From the NCBI GenBank assembly GCA_018865545.1, contig GCA_018865545.1_3633.1: a stretch of 64,000 nucleotides of DNA, one strand, 5' to 3'. Below are positions 29,651-38,641 of the stretch, one piece after another. The position numbers were made by a program, and so were the translations under genes. The notes beneath the pieces are model-generated. The model was not told the DNA's origin and did no database searches. It worked only from the letters and a program-made list of their open reading frames with translations. Each line of letters opens with the position of its first letter. The stretch's first letter is position 1. The stretch is from a phage.

Positions 29651-30771
29651 TTATTGAGGGACAGCAAGAATAAGATTAATGTTATCCATATTAGCTGTCT
29701 CTATTTGCTGATCAATCATATTCCGTAATTCTCCAGCATCTATTTTAATTGTTATTTCACCACTGACAGGCTCGGTAGGAATAACCATAGGAGCTACAAT
29801 TTGACCCGCAGTAGATCCGCCCGGCATCAAATTATGGGATTGAAGATAGTTGGCTTTATCCTGCATATGCCCAGCCCAAAGCGATGTCCACCAACTACTT
29901 AACATCCCTCCGGTAACAGCCATTAAGTCACCACCACCAAATGAATAAGCATTTCCAAGATCTTGTTTTTTAGCGTTCTTTTCACTATCGTTGGAATTTA
30001 CGTAGTCGTATCCCATAAGGGCAGCAGCAACGTAGGGATTTCGTATAGACCACCCTAGCAGCTTACCAAAAACCCCACTTCGTTTCCCACCACCTTTCCT
30101 ATCCCACGGTCCATTACCACCGCTATTACCTCCCCCAGATTTTGGTACGTCCGGCCCACCAAAAATTTCTTTAAGAATTTTTAATGTTCCCGTTATTCCA
30201 GCAATTTTAGCCAAGATTCTGAATACTCTAACCAAGGAAGCTGCGAAGAATAGAGCACCGAGACCCCAACCTACCCAGTTAGTCGCTTTTTGGAATGTCT
30301 CACTTTTCTTTATCCATTGTGGGATATACATGTTTAATTCTGCATTTATAAAAATGCAGACATTAGATATCGTATGTGCGATATCCATAAAGCCCTTTAT
30401 GAATCCAGAAGTAAATTGTCCAACTTTCTCAGCTAACGGTCCTTTAGCATCCAACATGTGGGACAAATCATTAAACGTCTTAGTTAATTCATCCCCAAAT
30501 CCACTTTCAAATATCTTATTTTGAAAGTTCATCCATGTTTGTTGTAAACGCTGCATAGCAACACGGTTGCTTTGTTGTGCCTTGGTAAGTGCACCACCTT
30601 TTCTTGCGGCCTCGGCATAATACTTAGCGACCAAAGGAAGAATTTTTGAAGCCTTTAGCTCCCCATTCTTCATCATATCCATTAATTTTGCAATGTCTAT
30701 AGATGAATCATTGAATGCTTCTTGTGTGGCTTTAAGGAATACATCAAGGGAACCAGGGATGCCCTCGGCTA
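29651..30771 (-). CDS. Tail tape measure protein, exon 2
   Basis: Frame stays open upstream of the ORF-track Met to 30771: AEGIPGSLDVFLKATQEAF...MDMMKNGELKASKILPLV; hydrophobic and Gly-rich segments typical of tape measure C-terminal regions. Confidence 0.55.
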
Positions 30772-31601
30772 CTTATTGTCCCCTCAGTTCGCTACACTGA
30801 GGCGGTGTGCTAAAACACCCGCCACATGTTTCCATGTGGAACAGACTATATCTTCCTCTGATTTTACAGAGGCCAACCATTTCGGAGCGGCTTCGCCCCT
30901 ACTCTCCTACACTCATCGGAGATAGTCGTTGAGCACATAACTTAAAGATTTTTTAATAAACGTCGCCAAGCATTTTTATGTTTTATCCTGTGGATAGTTG
31001 ATCTTGTTACACCAAACTCATTCATTAAAGATGTTGTATCCTCAAAACGCCTGTGGTAAATCCTAATAACTTGATCTTCTGTTAATTTGCAATTAGGATT
31101 TCTTTTTCCATCTACGGAGTTTAGACCTTTTGAGAAAGCATGTTTTTGGTTCTGCGACCTAGTAACATACTCCAGATTATCTTTGTGGTTGTTGGCCTTA
31201 TTACCATCTTTATGGTTAACTTCCATTTTTGGATGTGGCGGTTCACCAATGAATGTTAATGCGACTATCCTGTGTACAAGATACAATACACACTTTCCGT
31301 CTACCCTAAAGTAAACTCTTTTATATCCATTGTGTATTGTTTGCTCAGTTAGTTTCTTCCATGTACCTCTTTTTGTTGAAAAGATTGCACCATCTTCTCG
31401 ACAAAAGTACCCGTTATGTCCAGGCACGGGTCTAATCTCTAAGTTACTTCGCTGCGGATTGTCCATTGTTACATCTCCAAACTTTTTACTATACCTGAGA
31501 TAGTTATTCTCAGCCATTATTATGTTACCATAATAATTTAGTATTTGGTAGCTTTAGGAGTTCCCCGCAATTAGATTGGTTTTACAACAGCTAGTATGTC
31601 A
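30772..31601 (-). mobile_element. Group I intron in tape measure gene, carrying an HNH endonuclease ORF
   Basis: On minus strand: exon 1 ends ...CAGU (31602), intron ends in G (30772); P AAUUGCGGGGA (revcomp of 31562-31575), Q AAUCCGCAGCGAAG (revcomp of 31447-31460), R GCUCAACGACUAUCUCC (30915-30930), S AAGAUAUAGUCUG (30838-30852); splice gives ...IMAEELKQQL-AEGIPGSLDVF... Confidence 0.6.
30942..31517 (-). CDS. HNH homing endonuclease (HNH_3/NUMOD-type), intron-encoded
   Basis: 191 aa; LVHRIVALTFIGEPPHPKMEVNHKDGNKANNHKDNLEYV core and C-terminal HTH-like GVTRSTIHRI; annotated N-terminus overlaps intron Q element so the true start may be internal. Confidence 0.75.
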   Translation of the reverse strand: MAENNYLRYSKKFGDVTMDNPQRSNLEIRPVPGHNGYFCREDGAIFSTKRGTWKKLTEQTIHNGYKRVYFRVDGKCVLYLVHRIVALTFIGEPPHPKMEVNHKDGNKANNHKDNLEYVTRSQNQKHAFSKGLNSVDGKRNPNCKLTEDQVIRIYHRRFEDTTSLMNEFGVTRSTIHRIKHKNAWRRLLKNL

Positions 31602-32901
31602 ACTGTTGTTTTAATTCTTCAGCCATGATCTGACCTTTACCCATCATTTGTTGGATAGCGGTAATACCACGCTGGAATTTTACAGGATCAACCTGAAGTG
31701 CAGTAGCATATTCTGAGAAACCTTTGAACAGTTCGTCATTTTGCGCCTTGCTCAAAACACCTTTGGCAGATATGGACATTTGGGTATAACCTTGGGCGGC
31801 GGTTTTTAAATCCAAACCCAATCTGTAAGATTGCTCCCGAACAAACTGTATTCTTTTCGCTGCTTCTTCTGAGTCATCAGAAACCATTAACATGGTAGCT
31901 TCCATGCCTTGAAAGAATTGTCCTGTTTTCACAACACTTGCGGCAGCATTAAAAGCTCCGTATGCAGCAGAAACACTAATTAATGTGCTACGAAGGTTTT
32001 TCAATCCTTGATCAAGAGATAGTGTATTTGCCTTAGCTTTGCGGAGTCCTGTTTCCATTGCTGCCAATTCAGCACGGAAATTAGAAGCTCTCATAGTCTG
32101 GCTTTGCATAAATCTCTTTTCCAGATCATCATAACCTTTAATTTTAGACCTGAAATCATCACCATACTTAGCACGAAGTCTTACAGCAGCATTAGCAATT
32201 GTTGATTGTTTTGCAGCCTTTATCCTTTCTGCTCTTAACGCTTCTCTTTCTTTCTTCTTATTAGCATCTTTTTCTGCCTTAATCTCATCCGCTGTTTTTT
32301 CTTTCGGAATAGATTTATGATAGCGTTCCATAGCAGAGTTCTGGGCAGCCACAAGACTTGGATCGTGACGACTATTAGGATCCCCAACAATACCAGAGGC
32401 AGACCCTGAAGACTTTCTTGCTGCAAGTTCTTGCTGCAATCTTGCTTGACGGGCAGCAGATATTTCTGGATTTGTTCCATATCCAGAACCTGTTTTTTCC
32501 ATCTGCTTCAACTTTGATTTTAATGCATTATATTCTTTTTGTTCTTCAGGTGTTCTTCTGTTTGTTAGTCTGGCTACTGCTTGCTTTCTTCTCGCGCTCT
32601 CAACTTTGGCTATTTGTTCACGAGCACGAGCTTCCTTTTTTGCCATTGCAATAGCATGTGCCGTAGATTTTGCTTGCTCTGCACGTTCAGTTTGGTGTAA
32701 TCTTTTAGCTACAAGACGAGCCTCTTGCGCAGAACGTTTATAAATTGCTGCCGGATTACTTTTATTAGAAGTGAAAGCTCTGTTAGTCTTTTCCCATTCC
32801 TTCTTCAGGGATTTTATAGCTTTCATTGCACGACCGTAACTGGTGCGATCTACAGACCACTCGACAGCATTTACGGTTTTAGTTACTATGATATTCGCCA
32901 T
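31602..32901 (-). CDS. Tail tape measure protein, exon 1
   Basis: Long coiled-coil, Ala/Lys/Glu-rich N-terminal part then ...GITAIQQMMGKGQIMAEELKQQL, typical of tape measure proteins; in-frame stop follows the proposed 5' splice site. Confidence 0.6.
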
Positions 32902-32952
32902 AGATTTTCCTCAATAAAAAAGCCAGGTTCCGAGAAGGAACCTGGCTTGAGA

Positions 32953-33195
32953 TTAACCTCTTCTACCTCGGCGCGACCTATTTGCAGCGGCGGCAGCATT
33001 GGCTGCACTTTGTTCCTCTCTCTCCTGTACGTCTTGGATAAACTCTTCAATATCAAGATATTCGTTCAGTTTAAGCAGGTAGGCCATGTCAGCAGACTCA
33101 AGTGAGGAATAAGACTCACCTTTAAAACTCTTCAGAGCACGACACCACAAATAATCGAACCAAGTCAATGAGCTATTTTTTCTTGCATAATTCAT
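32953..33195 (-). CDS. Hypothetical protein (possible tail assembly chaperone component)
   Basis: 80 aa ORF immediately upstream of tape measure. Confidence 0.35.
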   Translation of the reverse strand: MNYARKNSSLTWFDYLWCRALKSFKGESYSSLESADMAYLLKLNEYLDIEEFIQDVQEREEQSAANAAAAANRSRRGRRG

Positions 33196-33230
33196 AGCTC
33201 TCAGGACAACTTTCGAAATATTAGACGGTG

Positions 33231-33764
33231 TTACTCCGCTTCCTCTGCCTGATCCATCGTGTTCAGTTGATGGGTCTGACCCAGGCGTCCCAGAAGATCC
33301 TGAAGGTTTGCGAAACCGTCTTTCGTGAAAAAACAGCCGTAGTTAACCTCCAGCACTTTTGCCACGAGTTTGATAAGGTCCATCATCTTCCCTTGGAAAA
33401 TATCATCAATGTCTACCTTACCTGCCATACCATCAACAGATACATCGTCCAGAATTAAGGCAAAAAGTTCTTCAATATTATCTTGCTCCATCTGGTCAAA
33501 TAGGTATAATACTGCTGTTGGAATAGCATCAGAAAGATTCTGCCCACCAGACATAAGTGCTCCAGAAATGGATGCCATTGGAACAGCAATATAACGTCCT
33601 ATCTTAGGAATATTTTTAAATGCTTTTGTTGGGGACCAATGTGTAATAACAAAGTTGTGACCCGCTAGGTCAATTTCAGTTGTTTGTCTGATTTTCATGC
33701 ACGCTCCTGCGTCTTTAGAAGTTGAACTATCCTTACGTGTATAAAGGCCACATCCATGTGGCAC
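33231..33764 (-). CDS. Tail assembly chaperone-like protein (putative)
   Basis: 177 aa ORF between tail tube and tape measure, the usual chaperone position. Confidence 0.4.
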   Translation of the reverse strand: MPHGCGLYTRKDSSTSKDAGACMKIRQTTEIDLAGHNFVITHWSPTKAFKNIPKIGRYIAVPMASISGALMSGGQNLSDAIPTAVLYLFDQMEQDNIEELFALILDDVSVDGMAGKVDIDDIFQGKMMDLIKLVAKVLEVNYGCFFTKDGFANLQDLLGRLGQTHQLNTMDQAEEAE

Positions 33765-33773
33765 ACGAAATTA

Positions 33774-34247
33774 TTAAATAATACCGGAAAGTCCAGCGAG
33801 GCCGAAGCCAACAGAGGACAGAGTATCAGGACTCAACCAAGCATCCAGAATACCAATTTCCCAGTCCATCTGACCAACTTCCGTTCCGTAAGTAAGGTCA
33901 GGCTGTTTCTGAATCCATCCAATTGTACTCAAGCCCATACCTTGAGAACCTTCCAGAAGAACAGGGAAGAAAATAAGGCCAGTTACGGATGCTTGTTTTT
34001 GCCAGTTTGCTAAATTACCATTCCATGATGCTGTATTCTGAAGAGAAACCGTCATAACACCAGATTGGTTACGGGACAGTGCAGCAGATAGCTCACCATC
34101 AACCCCCATGTGGGGGATGATATTGTCTTCATTACGGGACACAACAATTTTCGTGTCCGCTGCGAATCCTGTTACTCTTTGAGTCATCAGATACAATTTT
34201 ACTTTTTTAGGGTCATATGCATACGGCGTTAGAATAGCTGTATTCAT
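33774..34247 (-). CDS. Tail tube protein (putative)
   Basis: 157 aa ORF directly downstream of sheath-like gene. Confidence 0.5.
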   Translation of the reverse strand: MNTAILTPYAYDPKKVKLYLMTQRVTGFAADTKIVVSRNEDNIIPHMGVDGELSAALSRNQSGVMTVSLQNTASWNGNLANWQKQASVTGLIFFPVLLEGSQGMGLSTIGWIQKQPDLTYGTEVGQMDWEIGILDAWLSPDTLSSVGFGLAGLSGII

Positions 34248-34250
34248 TTA

Positions 34251-35663
34251 TTACACTCCTGCTGTTACTGTCTGTGCGTTACCAGAATTTGAACCTGTTT
34301 TGTCCAGCATGACAGTCATACGGATCTTGACAAAATGTAGTGGTGTGTTGTATACCAGTTCCACTTTCACGTTGTTAAGTGTACGTGCTGCCAGATCGTT
34401 AGTAGGTATGCTTCCACGCAGAGGGATTGTGATTACAGGGTCGAAGAAGACCTTGTTAACCTCATCATAACCTGTTAAAATAGCTCCGTTAGAAATACCT
34501 ACGTTGATAGGGTTATTCATGATGACAGACTTCAGGTTAGGGAGGTCATCATCACTCATTTTAACAGACAGCCCCATGTTGGATCTGCGGGACATATATC
34601 CGAAAACACTTTCTTCGGTGCGGAACTTAAGCCAGTGACCAAATCTCACAACATCTACATAATTGCCGGAAGCGCATTTGCCTTCATAGAAGGATCCTAC
34701 ACCATTAATCATGCGGTAGAAGTTCAGATTCTTACCCCAGATAGTCATACGTTCCGTTGCACTCAAGGTTGGAGCAACAACCCCGTCCATAGTCTTCAGG
34801 TGGATAGAATCCCCATAGGAAGGATCATTTGAGGCCATCGCCCCGATAATTCCTCCTTCTGGATAGGCACTGTCTGCCAGCGGATCGTACATACCAATAG
34901 AGGTGTCGTATTGCAGAGCTTTCAGTTCATCTGCGATGGAATCACTATCAGCAGTTTTAGATTTTTCATCCGCAGTTGAGTAGACATGCATCTTGTAATT
35001 TGCAGCGGCGAATGCGGCGGCACTTAAGATAGATGTTTTTGTGTGTGACTCAGTGCTGACAAAATACCAGTTCTCATTTGCGGTCATAACCTGCGGAAGA
35101 ACAGAAGAAACTGTCTCATCGGAGGTATTGGTGATGACCATATTTCCGCTGTCTTTACCAACACTAAACTTGCCACTATCTTTTGGGGCAATTGTTACTT
35201 TAGCCTCGCTTGCTGTTGCCGTAAGTACAGTCTTCAGCGTTGTATCCGCATTAATAGCGTCAGCCAGAGATGTAGCAATTGTAGAAGGCTCTGAAGATGC
35301 ATTTACATTGACAAGTATGCTCTTTTGATAAGCCCCTGTCACAAAGTTTAGAGCTACAGGTGTTTCTGGGTCTGTGTTTGTCTGGTCTGTAAAATCCACA
35401 ATCGTATTGGTGAAGCCTTGGCGACCAATCATCAGATATTGTGGACGGAATGTTCCAGAAAATGCCTTAGATGCATAATTATATGCAGGTGTTCCAACAG
35501 CAAATCCATCATCAACTAATTGACTAAGTTCGGTATAAGCACGAACTCTTTCTGGGAAGATATTATGGATCGCAAGGAACAGTGGGGTTTCAAACCCTTT
35601 TGTGTCGATTGGTTGAGTACCAAGTGTGACTGTTACATCAACCACCTTGTCATTATAAGCCAT
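34251..35663 (-). CDS. Tail sheath protein (putative)
   Basis: 470 aa ORF, size and sheath-tube-chaperone-tape measure order typical of contractile tails. Confidence 0.55.
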   Translation of the reverse strand: MAYNDKVVDVTVTLGTQPIDTKGFETPLFLAIHNIFPERVRAYTELSQLVDDGFAVGTPAYNYASKAFSGTFRPQYLMIGRQGFTNTIVDFTDQTNTDPETPVALNFVTGAYQKSILVNVNASSEPSTIATSLADAINADTTLKTVLTATASEAKVTIAPKDSGKFSVGKDSGNMVITNTSDETVSSVLPQVMTANENWYFVSTESHTKTSILSAAAFAAANYKMHVYSTADEKSKTADSDSIADELKALQYDTSIGMYDPLADSAYPEGGIIGAMASNDPSYGDSIHLKTMDGVVAPTLSATERMTIWGKNLNFYRMINGVGSFYEGKCASGNYVDVVRFGHWLKFRTEESVFGYMSRRSNMGLSVKMSDDDLPNLKSVIMNNPINVGISNGAILTGYDEVNKVFFDPVITIPLRGSIPTNDLAARTLNNVKVELVYNTPLHFVKIRMTVMLDKTGSNSGNAQTVTAGV

Positions 35664-35789
35664 CGATTTCCTCTTTTATTTCTGTACGTACAGTTATTGA
35701 CCAGCACTTATTTGTGCTGTGTTGTGGGTTATTTCTCCACATCGTGATCACCAATAAGCCAGTGCTTATCAATAACCAAAATATTTCTT

Positions 35790-36320
35790 TTAATCCTCTT
35801 TCGGAAAATGATATGAAAGTTGCGCATTGAGGGTTTCCAAATCTTCGAAAACTCCAGTGTCTGTTTCTGCAAAGCAAACATTAAAAGTTATCAGCACTAC
35901 AGCCCGAGTTTCATATTTTTGGACATTCAAAGGAACTCTCAACCGAGATATTGTTGAAGAGGAGGAATATGCAAAAGGTGAATTAGTTGGGAAATACTTA
36001 TCGTATATAAAAGGTAAGTTCATAGCTTGTAAAATACGACTTAGGGCATTTGGTGCTTTACCACGATAAGCAGTCAATGTATATACAATTTCATAGTTAT
36101 GAACTGTCATCGCTCGACCATCATCAGTAAATCCATCGTCTGATTGCCAGTCAAGCTGATCTACAGCAGTAAGATCCACTAGAATAAACTCACCATCAAC
36201 TTTAGGTATTTCATCTTCCCCTGCCAGCACGACTTTCCTACCAGTAACTTCTTTACAAAAAGAACCTATTGTTTTCGTCAAAGCATCGAAGATTTCATCT
36301 GTACTGATAAAATCAGTCAT
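35790..36320 (-). CDS. Neck / tail completion protein (putative)
   Basis: 176 aa ORF between head and sheath genes. Confidence 0.4.
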   Translation of the reverse strand: MTDFISTDEIFDALTKTIGSFCKEVTGRKVVLAGEDEIPKVDGEFILVDLTAVDQLDWQSDDGFTDDGRAMTVHNYEIVYTLTAYRGKAPNALSRILQAMNLPFIYDKYFPTNSPFAYSSSSTISRLRVPLNVQKYETRAVVLITFNVCFAETDTGVFEDLETLNAQLSYHFPKED

Positions 36321-36754
36321 TAAATACCTCCGTTTGTCCCTTCTGGTATTGCCACCACATAAGCTCTGAACCTAGAGACACCTGTGGTCTGATACAAATC
36401 AGATTTAATAACTGTGAACCACTCCATCTCACCACGAGAGTTCATTAATAGGATCTGATCAGCCATGTTATCAGACCCTTCAACTGGGCCTTTCAACATC
36501 ACAGATGAATACACAGTAAAGGAATCATACTGCCTACCACCTTCAGGAACTAATTGGGACGTATAATCCCTAGCTGCTTTACCACTAATAGGTTGAACGA
36601 CACATTCAGGTACATCAAATTCAACATACTCAATATCCAACCCACCATTTTCAAATGGATTATCTAAGTCTGTCTTTTTGAACTGTCTGTGTCTACCTTT
36701 CATGGTGACTCTGGGTATCAATTTGTTCTTGCCTATGAGTTTGTATCCCGCCAT
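36320..36754 (-). CDS. Neck / head-tail connector protein (putative)
   Basis: 144 aa ORF, start-stop overlap with neighbour. Confidence 0.4.
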   Translation of the reverse strand: MAGYKLIGKNKLIPRVTMKGRHRQFKKTDLDNPFENGGLDIEYVEFDVPECVVQPISGKAARDYTSQLVPEGGRQYDSFTVYSSVMLKGPVEGSDNMADQILLMNSRGEMEWFTVIKSDLYQTTGVSRFRAYVVAIPEGTNGGI

Positions 36755-36757
36755 AAT

Positions 36758-37234
36758 TTACGCCCCTGAACCTCTTCTGTTCGAAATTTTATAAGTTGTG
36801 GAATCTCTTAAATCCCCATAATGATACATAGCTGCGCTAAAACCTTTGACATCTGCCCATGCATCTGATACAGTATTATGAGGGAAAAGACCAGAGTCTA
36901 TTACAAACTTAATTTTTTCAGCACCTGCTTTACCAATTTTTTTCAGCATTGGGGTTGGATTATTACTTCCAGATGCTAACGTGCCGAATAACTCCTTCTG
37001 TAATTTCTCCAAATCCTTTTGAAAGGACACAGCCGCGCTAGTTATGAATGTACGGGCTGGAAGATTATTCCAGCCTTGTTCATGGATAGCTGCCAGAGTT
37101 GCAGTATTTAGTCCTGAATAGTGTGGGTCATCATAATAACCATAGGAGACTTGTTTTTTATCAAGTTGCTGTACAGAGTTATAAAAATTCTCCAAAGCAC
37201 TTAAATCTTGATGAGATTTAAATTTTGTTCTCAT
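36758..37234 (-). CDS. Head-tail connector protein (putative)
   Basis: 158 aa ORF in neck cluster. Confidence 0.4.
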   Translation of the reverse strand: MRTKFKSHQDLSALENFYNSVQQLDKKQVSYGYYDDPHYSGLNTATLAAIHEQGWNNLPARTFITSAAVSFQKDLEKLQKELFGTLASGSNNPTPMLKKIGKAGAEKIKFVIDSGLFPHNTVSDAWADVKGFSAAMYHYGDLRDSTTYKISNRRGSGA

Positions 37235-37299
37235 AAGAACTCCCGTTAAGGTATTTTACCACATTATCCAAGCAAAATCAATAATTAGGAATACGATTG

Positions 37300-37818
37300 T
37301 CAATAATACCTGTGTTTTGGGTATCTCCGAGGAATACCGGGAACTCCTGTTTGAGGAACTATACCGGAAACATCAAACGGGCTTCTTGAGTTAGGATTAC
37401 TCTTAACACGCCAAAACTCATCCTGTCGCACACCGCCCACAATAACCAAACCAGAGACACCATTCAGGCAGCTATTGACGTAATCAGGGTTTTGCAGTAG
37501 CCAGTCCAGAAAATCTTTCCAGTTCTGATAGGAAGATCCACCTTTTACCTGTATCGTCTCATCACCTATCTTTTCCAATCTTTCTGTGATGGATGCCTCG
37601 CCAGAATTTATCTCTTGAAGAATTAACCATCTTAATACAGCCACCATTGTGTTATAGACCACTTTCCACATGTCGCAAGGCGTGGATGATGGGTTAGGCC
37701 AGTTTGCTCTTTTTTTCTCTATCTCAAGGAATGCCATGATAACTTCATCAGGTAGTGCCTCTGGGGATATTGACCCAAGCAGGAGCCTGATGTAATCAAC
37801 AATTTCTTGGTCTGTCAT
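37300..37818 (-). CDS. Head-tail connector / head completion protein (putative)
   Basis: 172 aa ORF in neck cluster. Confidence 0.4.
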   Translation of the reverse strand: MTDQEIVDYIRLLLGSISPEALPDEVIMAFLEIEKKRANWPNPSSTPCDMWKVVYNTMVAVLRWLILQEINSGEASITERLEKIGDETIQVKGGSSYQNWKDFLDWLLQNPDYVNSCLNGVSGLVIVGGVRQDEFWRVKSNPNSRSPFDVSGIVPQTGVPGIPRRYPKHRYY

Positions 37819-37890
37819 CTAACTCTCCATTTTATGTTACTTGTCAGTAACTATATTATCACAAAATACAATTTTTGTCATTAAAAACGC

Positions 37891-37918
37891 TTGACACGAA
37901 AAATTCCGTAGGTAAGAT
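37891..37918 (+). promoter_or_regulatory. Sigma70-like promoter candidate (TTGACA-N16-TAAGAT)
   Basis: ttgaca 37891-37896, 16 nt spacer, taagat 37913-37918, upstream of plus-strand ORF 37946. Confidence 0.45.
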
Positions 37919-37945
37919 AAACACAACAATTGCTATGGAGGATTT

Positions 37946-38350
37946 ATGAAAAATATTTTAAAAATTACAATTGGTCTGTGCGTCTGTGCTGTTATTGCAG
38001 CGGGAACTCTCCAATATGTGAAAAAGAACCCAGATATTAATGATTATAAATCTGTCGAGGCAAGTTGGTTGTCGCCAGAAGAAAAAGATGAGGCAATTAG
38101 CCGTATTGTACAATTATCTTGCGATAAGAGATTCAGAGAAGCATTTAAACCAGGCGTTATTGTTGTGTCATCAGGTTTCGAGGGTAGGATAGCAGAACAG
38201 GCGGAAGCATATCAATATTTTGATGATGTCGCAATTATCTCAGGAAAACAATCTTACACTGGAAAATACATCTGCACTTTTTACAAAGATGGGCGGGAAG
38301 TGTATATTAATGCAAACTTGGATAAAGGAGTGCAAGGAATCCTAAAATAA
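37946..38350 (+). CDS. Secreted or membrane-anchored small protein on opposite strand inside the late module
   Basis: 134 aa; N-terminal hydrophobic segment ILKITIGLCVCAVIAAGTL; own promoter candidate and terminator; AT-rich; convergent with flanking tail genes. Confidence 0.5.
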   Translation: MKNILKITIGLCVCAVIAAGTLQYVKKNPDINDYKSVEASWLSPEEKDEAISRIVQLSCDKRFREAFKPGVIVVSSGFEGRIAEQAEAYQYFDDVAIISGKQSYTGKYICTFYKDGREVYINANLDKGVQGILK

Positions 38351-38372
38351 AAGACCCCGAAGGGTCTTTTTA
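38351..38372. terminator. Bidirectional rho-independent terminator
   Basis: agacccc-gaag-gggtct hairpin flanked by A-run and T-run, between convergent genes. Confidence 0.6.
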
Positions 38373-38630
38373 TCACGACATAATACCAGCGGCTTTCAAT
38401 TTGGCAAGCAAAGCATTAAAATCGTTGACCAACGTAGAGACATCTGAAGCCACAGAATCTGCTTGTGTTTGTGCTTTCTTAACACCTCCTAATACTGATT
38501 CCGTAGCCGCTGGAAGAACATAGCTATCTGAGCCTCCAGCAACAATATCTTCGATTTTCACAGATTTTCCAGTTTTTATATCAATAAGGCTTGATGCATA
38601 TACTTTACCTGCTACGCCATTTGTTGCCAT
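38373..38630 (-). CDS. Small protein paralogous to tail fiber N-terminal domain
   Basis: 85 aa; GVAGKVYASSLIDIKTGKSVKIEDIVAGG parallels the N-terminus of ORF 40815-42065 (GVGGLIYGRALVDQKTGKKINFDELGGG). Confidence 0.45.
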   Translation of the reverse strand: MATNGVAGKVYASSLIDIKTGKSVKIEDIVAGGSDSYVLPAATESVLGGVKKAQTQADSVASDVSTLVNDFNALLAKLKAAGIMS

Positions 38631-38641
38631 ATTTTCTCCTT

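Noticed and set aside
30722-30925. Plus-strand ORF (67 aa) sharing the peptide LLSPQFATLRRCAKTPATCFHVEQTISS with plus-strand ORF 49861-50295
   Set aside because: Both are antisense translations of the repeated group I intron 3' core; the similarity is at RNA-structure level, not a protein family.
29651-32901. Alternative reading of the two tape-measure ORFs as independent genes with a free-standing HNH gene between them
   Set aside because: The first ORF ends abruptly inside a tape-measure motif, the second is open in frame upstream of its first Met exactly to the intron terminal G, and all four group I core elements are present in order.
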